The position numbers and the translations under genes are program-made. The notes under the pieces were generated by a model. That model was not told where the DNA came from. It was given only the letters and a program-made list of their open reading frames with translations, and searched no databases. A stretch of 64,000 bases of DNA from the human T2T-CHM13v2.0 reference genome, Homo sapiens. Location of the stretch: NCBI RefSeq assembly GCF_009914755.1, contig NC_060926.1; one strand, 5' to 3'. Positions 1 to 14,340 of the stretch are shown in pieces (the stretch's first letter is position 1; each line of letters starts with the position of its first letter).

Positions 1-139
1 CCTAATGAGGAATTTCGTTTTAAACCCTTTTGAAACATCTGTTGCGTTTCAACTCAGTAAGTGCAAATAACAGAAAAATAGTAGCATCTGGGCTAGAAGT
101 AAAAAATATCTGCTCCTATTTTTAAAAAAAGAGTAAGAG

Positions 140-430
140 CTAGAGCGGGGGATGGGGGGGGTGGTGGGGGAGGAGAGAGGAGTGGGGGAAGGGGAGGGGA
201 AGAAAAAGAAAAAAGAGGGGAGGGGAGGTTGCTGCATTTCTCACACTAGCACTTGATCAGAAGTCCTGCTCTACCTGTCGCACAGGAAGCTGCGTGATTG
301 ATGTGCACTTGCAGCTGCGCAGCTGCTCCTTGGAGTACCCAGAGTCCCCGTGCCCCGCCGCTGGGTCAGCACTTTCCTCTGCGGGTGCTGAGAAGTGACT
401 TTCTGCATGCGTTTCCCACCCCCTCCCTTG
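140..430. promoter_or_regulatory. Promoter-like segment: G/purine tract plus CpG-retaining motif cluster
   Basis: G-run/purine tract at ~147-228. About 8 CpGs in 270-415. ETS core ACAGGAAG (~282-289), PBX-type TGATTGAT (295-302) and double E-box palindrome GCAGCTGCGCAGCTGC (311-326). No repeat recognised here. Confidence 0.5.
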
Positions 431-1668
431 TGCCAGCCTTTGCTTCTAGGAAAGTAGGAAGAAATGGTCCATGAAGTTTCATTTGCCTTGAGTAAAACAG
501 AAACGTCTTTGGAGAAATTGCAAGTCCAATGCTAGCAGGGTGCAGCCAAGAAGGAGGCCTGTGGCCAGCCCCACCTGCTGCCTGCAAGAAGGAGAGAAGG
601 CCAATGGGGATAAGGGTCCTGAGGCCTCAGAAGACAGGGGAGCAGTTTGACCATCTGCAGAGAAAGAAAACCTTAAAGGAAAAGCTAAAGATCTCATAAG
701 TCCCATAGGTTCCTCCACGCTTTTCAGTGAGCTTACTGGAGTTGTTTTGAATCTGCCCTGAAGGAAGTCAGCTCAAAGGCCGAAAGGAAAGCTGGCCCAC
801 TTATCACCTCCCTAAGCAAGCAACAACCCATGAACTGGATGTCAGGACAGGTAGCTGCTGTCACTGAGGGAACTGATCCCATTGCAGTGACGCCAGAGAC
901 AGATGTTGGGGCAGCCTGGGAGCTCACAGAACAGCGGTCCACTGTAGGGCAGTCATCTTTCGTGGCCAGCAGCAAACTGAACTCACCTCAGGGGTCCTTC
1001 TTCCAGGCTGCATGTGAGACCTGATGCATCCCCTCCCAAGAGGCACAGGGATGCTTACACACATACTTCTTGGGGCTCTTCCAGTCTCATTAGAACGCTT
1101 CTGGGCCCAATATTTTGCCCAGATGTTCACAGGCAGGCAGGAGAATTGTCTCATTTATAAAGAGTCTTGCTTTTCTGGCCAGAATTGGTAATAACCAACA
1201 TCCTCACAGTTGGAACCATGGATGATTAAATGATGTTTAAGGACCTTAAACCTTATCTGATCTGACCCCTTTACCTGCAGATGGGCACCCTGAGGCCACA
1301 GAGGCTGTGACAGGCCCCCCACATGAATTCAGAGCAGCTGACCTGTGACCTGTGTCTTTTTCCTTCCTGCAGGACACATCCGATTTGTCCCTAGGCTGCT
1401 CACAGAGGAATGAAAGCCTTCCTTGACTTGAATCTATCTGTACACTTGAGGTAACTTCCACATCCAGTTCCCCCAGAAAGGAGTCTGAAGGGTATAGGAA
1501 ACAAACATCTGTGATTGTCTTCAACTCATAACACCTGGCTTCACACCATAGGGGGATGGAGAAGAGAACAGAGAGGAAGGGGAAGGGGCCATAGGGTGGG
1601 GTCTGGTAAAGAAGAACAAAGGAAGAAATGAGGATAGCATGGTCTAAAAGGGAAGGAAACAGGTAGGC

Positions 1669-1692
1669 GGGGGCGGGGTTGGGGTTCGGGGG
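1669..1692 (+). other. Canonical G-quadruplex motif overlapping a GC box
   Basis: GGGGG-C-GGGG-TT-GGGG-TTC-GGGGG; contains the Sp1-type GGGGCGGGG. Confidence 0.6.
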
Positions 1693-1871
1693 AAGAGTAG
1701 GCAGAGCCCAGAAAACTTGTTCTAGGGAGAAGTTAGAAGACTGAGGCCGAGGGAGGGGAGTAAGAGCTAATGAGAAAAGGAAAGTCAAGGAGAGAACTTA
1801 CCTGAATTTAAATTCTCAATTAGAATCAGTATGAAGGATCACAGAAGTCACACCAGAATCAAGCCTAGCAA

Positions 1872-1874
<3 letters not shown>

Positions 1875-1926
<52 letters not shown>
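1875..1926. repeat. Compound microsatellite (TG)14(AG)12
   Basis: Read directly from the sequence. Confidence 0.95.
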
Positions 1927-1927
<1 letters not shown>

Positions 1928-3027
1928 ATGTATTGCCTTGAGCTCCAACCCCAGTTTTTTATCACATGACAAGAAGGATAAAGGTCCCTGGTTCCCAAGA
2001 CCAATTTCCTCCCTGACCTGGATGTGAACAGCCCTCCTCCCTGAGGCATTTTCACCTTGCTTAGCCTGCTCTGCAGAATCTGAGGAGGAGGGGAGACTTA
2101 AGTTACACAGCAGGGGCCAATAGGGCTGCACAAAGCTCATATTATTCTTACTTTAATCATGGGTTTTGCTTCACAAATCCTGCTTTGAAACCATACATGG
2201 CACTGAAGTTTTATGGCAGCACTTGGGGTGGTTTATGGCTTTGCCAGGGTTTGTTGAGGTTTTTTCCTAAAGATATCACTGAATTTTTCTGTTTTCCCTT
2301 CTCAAAATAATTATTGACAAACGTGTGTAGTGATGGCACCACCCCTTGGATTTTCTCCCAAACTAAATTAAATCAAGCCTTCTGCTTTCCCATTCACTTA
2401 TTTCTTTATGAAAGAGAGAGAGAGAGAAAGAGAGAGGGAAGGGACGAGAAGGGGGAGGAAGGGAGAAAAGAGAGAAGGGGAGGCAAGAATACCTTTTTAA
2501 AAAGTCAGAAAACCAAATTCTCACAATATTTAATGCAGCTTTTTTTCTTGTGTAAGGATTGAAGGCTGAATTATGCCAAAGGTGTGACAATTAGAAAAAA
2601 ATATGAGTCAGGGAAAATTTTCCTCAGGCTGATTTCGTGCCTTCAATACGTGCTTACATCCTAAGGCCTGCACTTAGAATGGGAATTTGAGATATTAGAA
2701 AATAAGATAAAGAAACCAAAAGACACATTTTTCTCTAAATCCTATAAATGGCATTTCTTTTCTTTGACTCACAAAGGTATCCATGTGATATTCAGCACAG
2801 ACTTACTAAATACTACCTCATGGCTGCCACAGTGGTGGTTGTATGGGCATTAGGAGAGAAGGGTCTGCCTGAAAGACTTCACATAGCCCAAAACCATCAC
2901 CACCCTGCTCTGTGTCACCCTCATCTGTCACCCTGACCAAGGCAAAAGCCTCCCCCAAATAGTTTCTCTGTTTCTTTCTCTTTTCCCTAGAGTCTATTCC
3001 CATGCAAAAGTCAGAGTGATCTTTTAA

Positions 3028-5493
<2,466 letters not shown>

Positions 5494-7149
5494 AAATTAC
5501 GCATCGGATCCTGTCACTCTCTTCCTCAAAACCCTCCACTGCTGCAACTCACACTAAAAATAAACTCTCGCTCCTGGCCCATGAACTGGCTACTCTCCAC
5601 CTACATTCCAACCTTACCTCCTCCCATGTTCTCTCCCTTTTCCCACTAAGTAAGGCCACAAAGGCCTTCTATTGTTTTTCTTTTCCTTCATCAGACCTAT
5701 CTTGTTCTCACCTTAGAGCAGTGCCCTTCCAGTATTTTAGAGACTCTTCTTGTGACTAAAATGACTGGAAAAGTGATGGACCAGTCCAAGGTTTCTACCT
5801 ATGGAGCAAGGATTAAATAGTCCAAAAAGCAGGTTTAAAGGTACAGTGGAAGAAAAAGCTGGAAGGTCATTTTCTGCTTGCTGCCTTTCAAGTTTATCTC
5901 ATTTAAAGTGCTAATAATTGCACTTGTTTGTATTTCCCCTTTCCTAGAATGGAAACCTAGGGAACAATAACCTCATCGGTCTTATATTCTCACCACCTAG
6001 AACAATGCCAAGTACTTAGTGGAGACTCCCATAAATAGCTGTTGAAAGAGTAAATTAAAGAAAAATCATAGGATACTCACACATTACAATTTTAAATACC
6101 AATAGACATCAGTTCTACAATTAAGAACAATTATGAGAGGTACAAACTCTAAATGGGAAGAAAGTTCCCTCTTGCTTAAAAGATGCAGTAACAAAAATGG
6201 TGGCATTATCAAACCATTATGAATCTACCAATAAAAGCCGAGCTTCCTGCAAATCTGGCTGTGGCCTTTTGCTCTCTGTAACTGACCACTCAAGGAACTC
6301 ATTTCTCCAACAGAAAATACTTGACAAATGGTCTCATTTTCATTGATTTCACTTTCTGAGAGACATCTATTTGCAGCAGGGCAATGTGGCCAAGTGGAAT
6401 GTTTTGTAGCAATATTTGCAGTGATTACTGTTGCTGTTTGACTGAAGACAAAGTCTTTGAGTCTCAAGATCTATATCTGCAAAATAAGGTGATAAGATCT
6501 ATTGTCAACTTCCCTCTAGTTTCTCTGGGAATATGTTAGATGTAAATCAAACTCTCTGAACTTTTCCTGGAAGAAAAAAAAAAGTAGCATAGATATAAAA
6601 TAAGCCTAATAAGTGAGCCATCTTGTTGTCAAGTTCTTATCTATTTAATTAAGCTAAAAGGTGATATATTTTTACTTCAGCATGGTGGCCTTCTCTAAGA
6701 ACGTAACTTGATTGTTATTCCCAGTCCACAGAAACCAGAGCTCCAAAAAGTCAATAAAACAGGAGAGAGAGAGGTGGAGAGAAAGAGAGAGAAAAAAAAT
6801 CTCAGTTTAGACTATGGCCTCATAGAAATGTAGGGGTAGTTCCCAGCCAAGAGTCAGATTGAAAGTGTGGATTCAGTTTCTTGTTCCGGCTGAGTCAGCT
6901 CTTCATGGTGTATTCTTGCGGTTTTACGTCATTTAATACACATTTCAAAAATATCTAATCCATGCATATTAAAAAGAGCATGTAATGATAGACTGCAGTA
7001 AGGCCCAAACAACCCCTACTATTGGCATTACTTGGCCCACCAAATACTTGTAGCCCCTGTGATACCAGCACAATTGCCTAGCACTTGTTCTCCCTCCACA
7101 AGAAAGCTTAGGTGGATGTTTGTGACACTCTGTGCTTGTTGCCTAATTG

Positions 7150-7658
7150 CCACGCATTCTTCCCACCTTCCTTGTTCACAAAACTCCAAATGTTTTTGGG
7201 CAGCAATATGCCCAGCCCCAACTGAGATACTCACTCATCCAGCTTTCTTAGAAATTCAGTGTGGCTATGTGATTCCAGCTAAAGAGATGTAAGTAAGTGT
7301 TTACTGGGAGTATCTGGGGGCAAGTTTGCTTCTCCTGATGTGAAGGGGCAGGTTCTGATGGCACAGTCCCTCCCTTTCTGTCATGTGCTGTGGAGGAGAC
7401 AGTCTGTAGATGGAGGGGCCACCTGGTAACCACCAACAACCAAGCATGAGGACAAGTGTCATGGTGCAAAGGGCAAAGCAGAAAGATGAAAAGAGTTTCA
7501 GTCCCTGATGACATCAGTGAGCAGCCAAATCCACACCAGAAACTGCCTACATCTGGTTTTCTTGATATCTGAGGACAAGAAGCACATTTTTTTTTTGTTT
7601 AAATCACTGAAATTAAGTCATCAAATACTCGTAGCCCAAATGATTGCTAACTGATACA
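7150..7658 (+). mobile_element. Old MaLR solo LTR (MLT1H/I/J type)
   Basis: MLT1 3' terminus 'tttgtttaaatcactg...gtagcccaaatgattgctaactgataca'. The 5' boundary is approximate. Confidence 0.55.
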
Positions 7659-10600
7659 ATGACCGTATTATGTAAGAGTAGAGAAGTAGTTTTATAAACA
7701 GAAATGGCATCCTGGATCAATAGGAATTAAGGGCCCTTAAGGGACTCCCTGCTTCCAGGACAAGGTATCCCTAAATAATCTCTAATCTGTACCACTTAAT
7801 CCCTATCCCTCATGGTTTATATATAGCATACCAAATTGTTTTCTTAGATCCTGAATCCTTGGCTCTGAAGCCTCACTGTTTCCCACTAGCCAATTCCCTC
7901 AACTGTTCCACATCCACCCTTTGTTACTTTCCATCCATTAATCACTTGCATTGTCCAGGTTTGCAATTTTCCAAACTCTGCCCATTTCAATTAGATTCCA
8001 GGGTCCCAGACATAACCCGGCAGTCTCCACCTGTGCCTGACTAACATCGGAGGCGGCTGGATTCCTGCAGGCTCTATTTCCATGTGTGCCATCTTGAGTC
8101 CAGAACTAGATAATTTCACTCATCTAGAAAATTAAGGTGAATAAGAGAAGAGAAGACTGGAATGGCATATGGTCTAGCTTCCTGAATTTGTGTGATTATC
8201 CATTATCAAATCGCAGGCACTGAGTTATTAAGTCTATTGACAGATGCAATGTAATTTTCTTCAAACAGATAACTGATCCTGGAGCTGATAAGGTCTGAAT
8301 GTGCATTGCACACTGCCTCATATTTTTATCATTCTTCACTTTCTTTATTCAATGCTCTGTTATCAAATTACCAGTACAAATGTATTCACAGAAGTAAAGC
8401 AACATAGAATGCCTTACATTTATACTCTCATTTACTTAAAATATCTTGACTTTGAGCAGCATTACTCCAGAATCTTGGGAAAAGAAATGAAAATAAGTAG
8501 GAAAACTACAATACACAATGTTCGAAATTATAAGTCTGGGAAATGTTTGAAATAAATTGTACAGAAATAGGTGAGCTTCAGCTCTAAGCTTAGACAATTT
8601 TAAGGACCTCAAAGTTGAGAAATAACAGTGTTTTGATACGGCTAAATGTATAAAGGGCTTGCCTTTTCCTTTTATAATCCCTGGCAAGGATATTCTCATG
8701 CTGGTGATAAATCAACACTGAAATCTAGCTCAAATTACAAAAGCAAAATAAAATTATTGGGACAACACCTTTCACAAACTGACTGGAGAGGACACTTTGC
8801 AAACATATTAAAGCTACTCTCTGAGTACACACACTTGGTACTCATGAACATAACAAAATGGCACAATTCCATGCTTGTGAAACAAACAAAAATCCTACTT
8901 GTTCCACAATTCAGCCTCAGGCCCTAATTCAAAACTATTTTTTTTCTCTAAGTTTCCCCCTACTAAGATGACTGTCCATGTTCTGTGTTCCAAAAAGTTA
9001 ACAACAAAAATAAAAGAGCATCTAGATGTTTGCTTTCAGATGGGTAGGTATAATATGTACATTATTATTAAAATACGTATACCAGATTACATGATCCCTT
9101 TGAGAGAGAACGTGTGAATTGGTGGTCTAGCCACTCTTTATTTGTGAAGAAAGATATAAGTGAGACCCAGTACCTTCATGTAGATGCAGGAAAAAATGAC
9201 TAATGTTGAATTCTTACTGGGAACCAAAATATTTTAGAAATTCAGACATGTCATTATTTGCTCAACAATAAGTCACTGTGTAGTGAACTTTAAAGAAAAT
9301 TACTGATTTTATTTGACTATAAGAATATAATTAAGTGTAAGATTGTATAAGAATCTTATTTAGCAAATGTACTAATTATGATCCTTGGGGCATTGGATAT
9401 TTAGTTTCTATTGTACCTTCACAAGACACTCCCCAGGCATCTTTTTCATTTTCCTTATTGGAAGCTAGTGGTATTCCCTGCAGGATTTAGTTAAGAGTTT
9501 CTGCTTTACAAACCTACTAGGAAAACATTCCATTTCTTCTCAGCTGGTCATTTTCAAAGACTAAAGGCACTTAGGCTATTAGTTTTTTCTAATGCATTGA
9601 GTCTGGTTATTTCTATTTAAATGGAGCTCTATAATAAATTTTAGTTCTCAAAATTTTGTGAAGTGTGTTTAGTGTAACAGATTCCTGGGTGATTTCGTTT
9701 GCGTCAGAATTTCTCTTACCTTCTAGAAAGGACATGTTCATATGTGAGTGGCAGAGTTCAGAACAAGAACAAAATAAAAACATTAATTACCCCGAGCTGC
9801 CTGAATCATAACAGCTGTGTTGAATGTGCGGAACACTGGTGTAGGCATCCAAGGAGCATCAATATTTATTAGAAGATGTGCCTATTCATTGAGCTATAAA
9901 ATGATTCAGTGTAATATATGCCATTCCAATAATTGAACTCCATGCAAAAGAACACCAATGTAGCCACAATGAAAATTGAGAACAATGATTTTGATTTATT
10001 AAATTATTCTATGCAGCCACAAGATCTTGAACAAAGAGATAAAAAGTTAATGCAAGTCTATGGTCATGCTGCTGTCTTACAGTTAGAAGGACCAGAAGCA
10101 AATTTTCCAGCCTGACTAAGGGATGCCTGGTTCTAAAGGTCTAGCCCCATATTGTTTTGATAAAAAGTGCTCATTTGAGCCTTCGGTGGCCCAGAGGCAG
10201 AACCCTTAGGCTACACATTTCCCTTGAATGGCATCCCCTTATCATATCACCTGTTCCTTTCAGAAGACCTTCTCTGGTCACCCTAACATTCATTGTACTC
10301 ATCTCTGAAACCTTATGTCTGTAGGTAGATATAGGCATAAGGGGAGGTAACAGGGATGAAATCCACATTTAAGGAAACAATGTGGTCTATCTACTCAAAA
10401 TCCTCAACTGGCCAGAATCTCTATGTTCTGCTTTAACAAAAGATAGATCACATACACCTCACAGCTCATTCACGGGGGTCAGTTTTCTTGTTGTTAAAGG
10501 ACTTTTAGAGTCTGTATTGAGGTCAATAAATTCATCTCAAGTTTTTCTATTCTCTGTATCCATATAGTGCAAATTCATAGTCAGATTGAAAACCCCATGA

Positions 10601-10787
10601 TATTATAAAAATACCTATTATTAAAGAAATGTATAATTATCTTCATAATACCATAATTACTGAGACATGAAAGTCAACAGAAAAGGTTTTAAACGTAGAT
10701 TAAAACAAGAAGATTTTATGTAACCACGAACCAAAAAGGTTAATTACTCAGCACAGCCCCAGCTCCTTATTAATTTTGTTAATTGGG

Positions 10788-11251
10788 TGTACCGGTTTTG
10801 GGACCCCCTCCCAAAACATATGTACACCAGGAACTGTGAATGTGACTTTAGTTGGAAAAAAAGGATCTTTGAATAAGTAATTAAGTTAAACATCTTGAGA
10901 TGAGATCACCCTAGATTATCCAGATGGACCTTAAATTTAGTGGCAAGTGTCCTTGATAAGAAGAGTAGACACAGAGACAGAAGATAAGGTCATGCAAAGA
11001 GGAAAGTAGGGATTGGAGATATACAGCCACAAGCTCAGGAATGCCTGGAGCTACAAAAAGCTGGAAGAGGCGAGGAAGGATTCTCCTGAGACCTTCAGAG
11101 GGAGTATGGCCCTGCCAACACCCTGATTTTGGATTTCTTGCCTCTAAACCTGTCAGAGAAAAAATTTCTGTTGTTTTAAGCCACCATGTTTGGGCTTATT
11201 TACTATTACTTAGGTACTTAATTACTATCACGGCTCTAGAAAACTAATACA
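10788..11251 (+). mobile_element. MLT1C-type solo LTR
   Basis: Diagnostic 'aagctggaagaggcgaggaaggattctcc...ccttcagagggagtatggccctgccaacacc'. Ends 'aaactaataca'. Flanks TTGGG/TAGGG fit a decayed 5-bp TSD. Confidence 0.85.
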
Positions 11252-12749
11252 TAGGGTTTTACTATATTTGAACAAATGCCACTCAATAAACACAAATAAG
11301 GTATAAAGATGAAGACTCTTTAGAAATTCATTTAACACATAAGTGCTACTATGTGCCAGGAACTATATAAGACTGTGAACATACAGCCAAAATTTTAAAA
11401 GATGTTACACTGTAAGACTGTCATTGACCTTACAGTGAAATCTGAAAGGGTTTTTTTTCCCCTTCAGTCTTTATAGAACAAAAGAAAGAAATAGCAGGAA
11501 ATTTAAAGAGAAGACTATGAGCTAAAGTGGGGTCAGTGGAATTCTTTTGATAGAAAGGTTATAAAGGCAATTTTGATATGTGGAAAATATATTGTCACTA
11601 AAGAACCACAAAAGTGTTTGCAGACATTCAGTTCAAATGTAGAGTTTATCAAACCCTAAAGAAGGCAAATGTTTTCTACATCACCTATTCATTACAAATG
11701 AAAAGAGCAGCATGTAGAAACCCAAAGACCTGAACCCTTTTCCAAGTAACTATCCTAAGGAGATATTTTTATCCAAACTATTAAAAAAGAAGAAAAAACA
11801 AAGTAAAAGTGTCGCTGAGTCCTCTGTTTTTTTTCCTACATTTTCCAGATGATATTTCGCATTATGATGTGTCATCCCATGTTGTATCAATCGCATTACA
11901 ATATGTCACTTAATGTAACATAAAGCAATATGATTGACACCATCTACTAGGGCTTGTCACAACAGTGCATGTCAACCAGGACATTTTTATGGCTTTTGCA
12001 AATAAAAAAAATCAACATATTTCACATAACATCACATCCAAGGTACAGGGAGGAGGAAAGAAAGGCTTTCTTGAAGATTTTTGCAACATTCCTTTTGGAG
12101 GAACTGATAAACATCTGCTAAGTAAATGGAGTCAAATGTGTTCCCTATACTTATATCAAATGGACCCAATAAACTATTGCCAGCCTGTCTCAGGTTCACA
12201 GTCAACTCCTATTGCTCCCTGTTCATGCTTGCCATGTTCAATCCGAGACACCTTATAAGATCACCTTTAAATGAGGAAACAGAGCTATCAAATGGAAGAC
12301 CCTCATCTGAGCCAAAGGAAGAAGTAAAGGCTGGCAGGACTCGTAGATAACTTAGGAATGTTCTAGAAGCCATTAATTGGTACAAACTGGTAGCAAGTAA
12401 CAGCTCAAGGCAGCTTCAACAAATGGAAGATTTATTATAAGGACATTGGGGATTTTCCAAAGAACCGAGGGCAGAGAGAGAACTAGACCTTAGGAAAAGA
12501 CCAGATGGAATCATTAAAAATCCATCAGCATCGTCTCCTCATTTCTACCTTAGGTGCTCTGTCCCACCTGCTTTCTTCTTCCCTCTCTGTTGCTACTCCT
12601 TACATTCAGCAGAATTCACCCCCATGACAATCAACAAGATATAGTCCCGATGACATGGAGATCTTACTGGATATTTGTTGATTTCCTCTACGGGATGTTT
12701 GTCCTTCCTAACAGAAATCCAATTCCTCAACCATGCAGCGTAAAAGGGA

Positions 12750-13200
12750 TAGACCTCACCTCTAGCTCCACAGGAATACTCAAATTGGCTTCAATCCATC
12801 AGTGAATTCCATTACCCTGGCCAGCGATTGGTCCAGGGAAGTGCACTGAGCCTAAATGGATCCAATTAGAGAGAATCTGGGGAAGATTTGTCTGGAATCC
12901 TGGGACACAAACACACTCTTCTTCCCTGGGCCTATCTGAGTAAGAATGCTAGCTTGGGGCTGCTGCAGCCATTTTTAATACCATGACAGGAGCCAGCCTG
13001 ATGGTTGTACCAACTCAGAAGAAGGGAAACTGAGACTTGCATTCCTGTGATGTCATTTGAGTTCTCAATCAAATCACAGCTGTAGCCTAAATCTCTCCTA
13101 ACACAGTTTGGTTTCATGCGTCAACAAAATCCCCTTATGCTTAAGCCAGTATAAATCAAGTTTTCTATTTCTAACAACCAAAGGAATACCAACTTATGTA
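12750..13200 (+). mobile_element. Old MaLR LTR (MLT1K type)
   Basis: 'ctggccagcgattggtccaggg...gggctgctgcagccatttt...ttaagccagtataaatcaagttttctatttct'. Confidence 0.6.
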
Positions 13201-13899
13201 AGAGGTTGACTCACTATCCTACAGATGATAGGAAAATCTCTAGCCAACTAGCTTGAGCCAGCCAGTCTAATCAGTCATGGCAAGGGTACAAACATAGCTC
13301 TCAGGTGACAAGCCCCACAGACTGAGTAGGTGAGCCATTCTCAGAAAAGAGGGTGGGTATTTTGAATAAAGTCTATCATCAGTTAAGATACCCATTTGCT
13401 GGATGAGTCTGGATAAATAGCCCTGTGTGCTTTGGTTCTTTTCATGTTTAAGTTGGTTGGTCACATTTCTGTACCTAAACTCTTTCGTGGTACTCTGATT
13501 GAGGATTAATTTGTTACTCACTCTAAATAGGGTTTCATATTTTGCAGATAGGTTCTAATTTTAAAAATGCTTTACATTTAGATGGCTTTTTACATTTTCA
13601 TAATTCTTATCCTTTCCCCCTTTCCCTCTGCTGTTGCTGTTTGAGCATATAAAAAACAAAGACATATTTTCAGATCCTTGCATTTCATGATTCCACCCCA
13701 GGTTTCTATGGTATACTGATTTTCAGAGCATCCCCTTTCAGGCGCAGTCATGCGGCTCACCCACTGGGACTGAGGGTACAAGTAGCTCAGGTTTTCTGGC
13801 ATTTCTGAAAGAATCTTGGTTATGATGTAATAGGAGGCTTAAAGCTGCTCAGACCCTACATTGAAGGAACTTCACTTGGAATTTAACACAAAGAAAACA

Positions 13900-14340
13900 T
13901 CAGGGACATGCATACCGAGTTAAGCATAGTGTTTATTGTTCATTCAAGTGTTTTGCTTTTTAAAATAATAATTAAAAATTGCAAACAATTGAATGACAAA
14001 AATATTAACCTTGTTAAATAATGTATGATTTATCCATATGATAGTTATATTAAACAACTAAAAATCTTGTTTTCACAGACTATTATAGGAAATTGAAAAA
14101 TGCTTGTGAAGTACTGTAAAGTGAAGGAAGTAGGTACCAAAGTATATATAAGATACAATCATAAACTTCACACACACAATAAAAACTGGACAGAAACAAG
14201 TATTAAGTGTGATTACCTGGAGATTCTCAAGACCATAGGATTATGAATGGATTTTTTTTTCCTTTTTTTATGTACTATTTTGCATTTTCCAAATTTGTCC
14301 ACAGTGAGTAAATATCACTTTTTTAATTAGGAGGGAAAAA
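13900..14340 (+). mobile_element. Ancient L1M(E) 3' end fragment
   Basis: Degenerate L1M 3'UTR pattern, e.g. 'tttgcattttccaaatttgtccacagtgagtaaatatcacttttttaattag'. Confidence 0.45.

Noticed and set aside
366-393. REST/RE1 site on the minus strand (TCAGCACC...GGAAAG)
   Set aside because: The spacer is 6 bp rather than the canonical 2 and the right half is degenerate; too weak to call.
1246-1788. 180-aa minus-strand ORF as a gene
   Set aside because: Non-ATG start, low-complexity translation of a purine/pyrimidine-biased tract, and no recognisable domain.
1-2200. Naming the adjacent host gene
   Set aside because: No coding exon lies in the window and I cannot match the promoter sequence with confidence; this needs BLAT.
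11408-11437. 9-bp inverted repeat CACTGTAAG...CTTACAGTG
   Set aside because: Short arms with a 12-nt spacer; plausible by chance in 64 kb.
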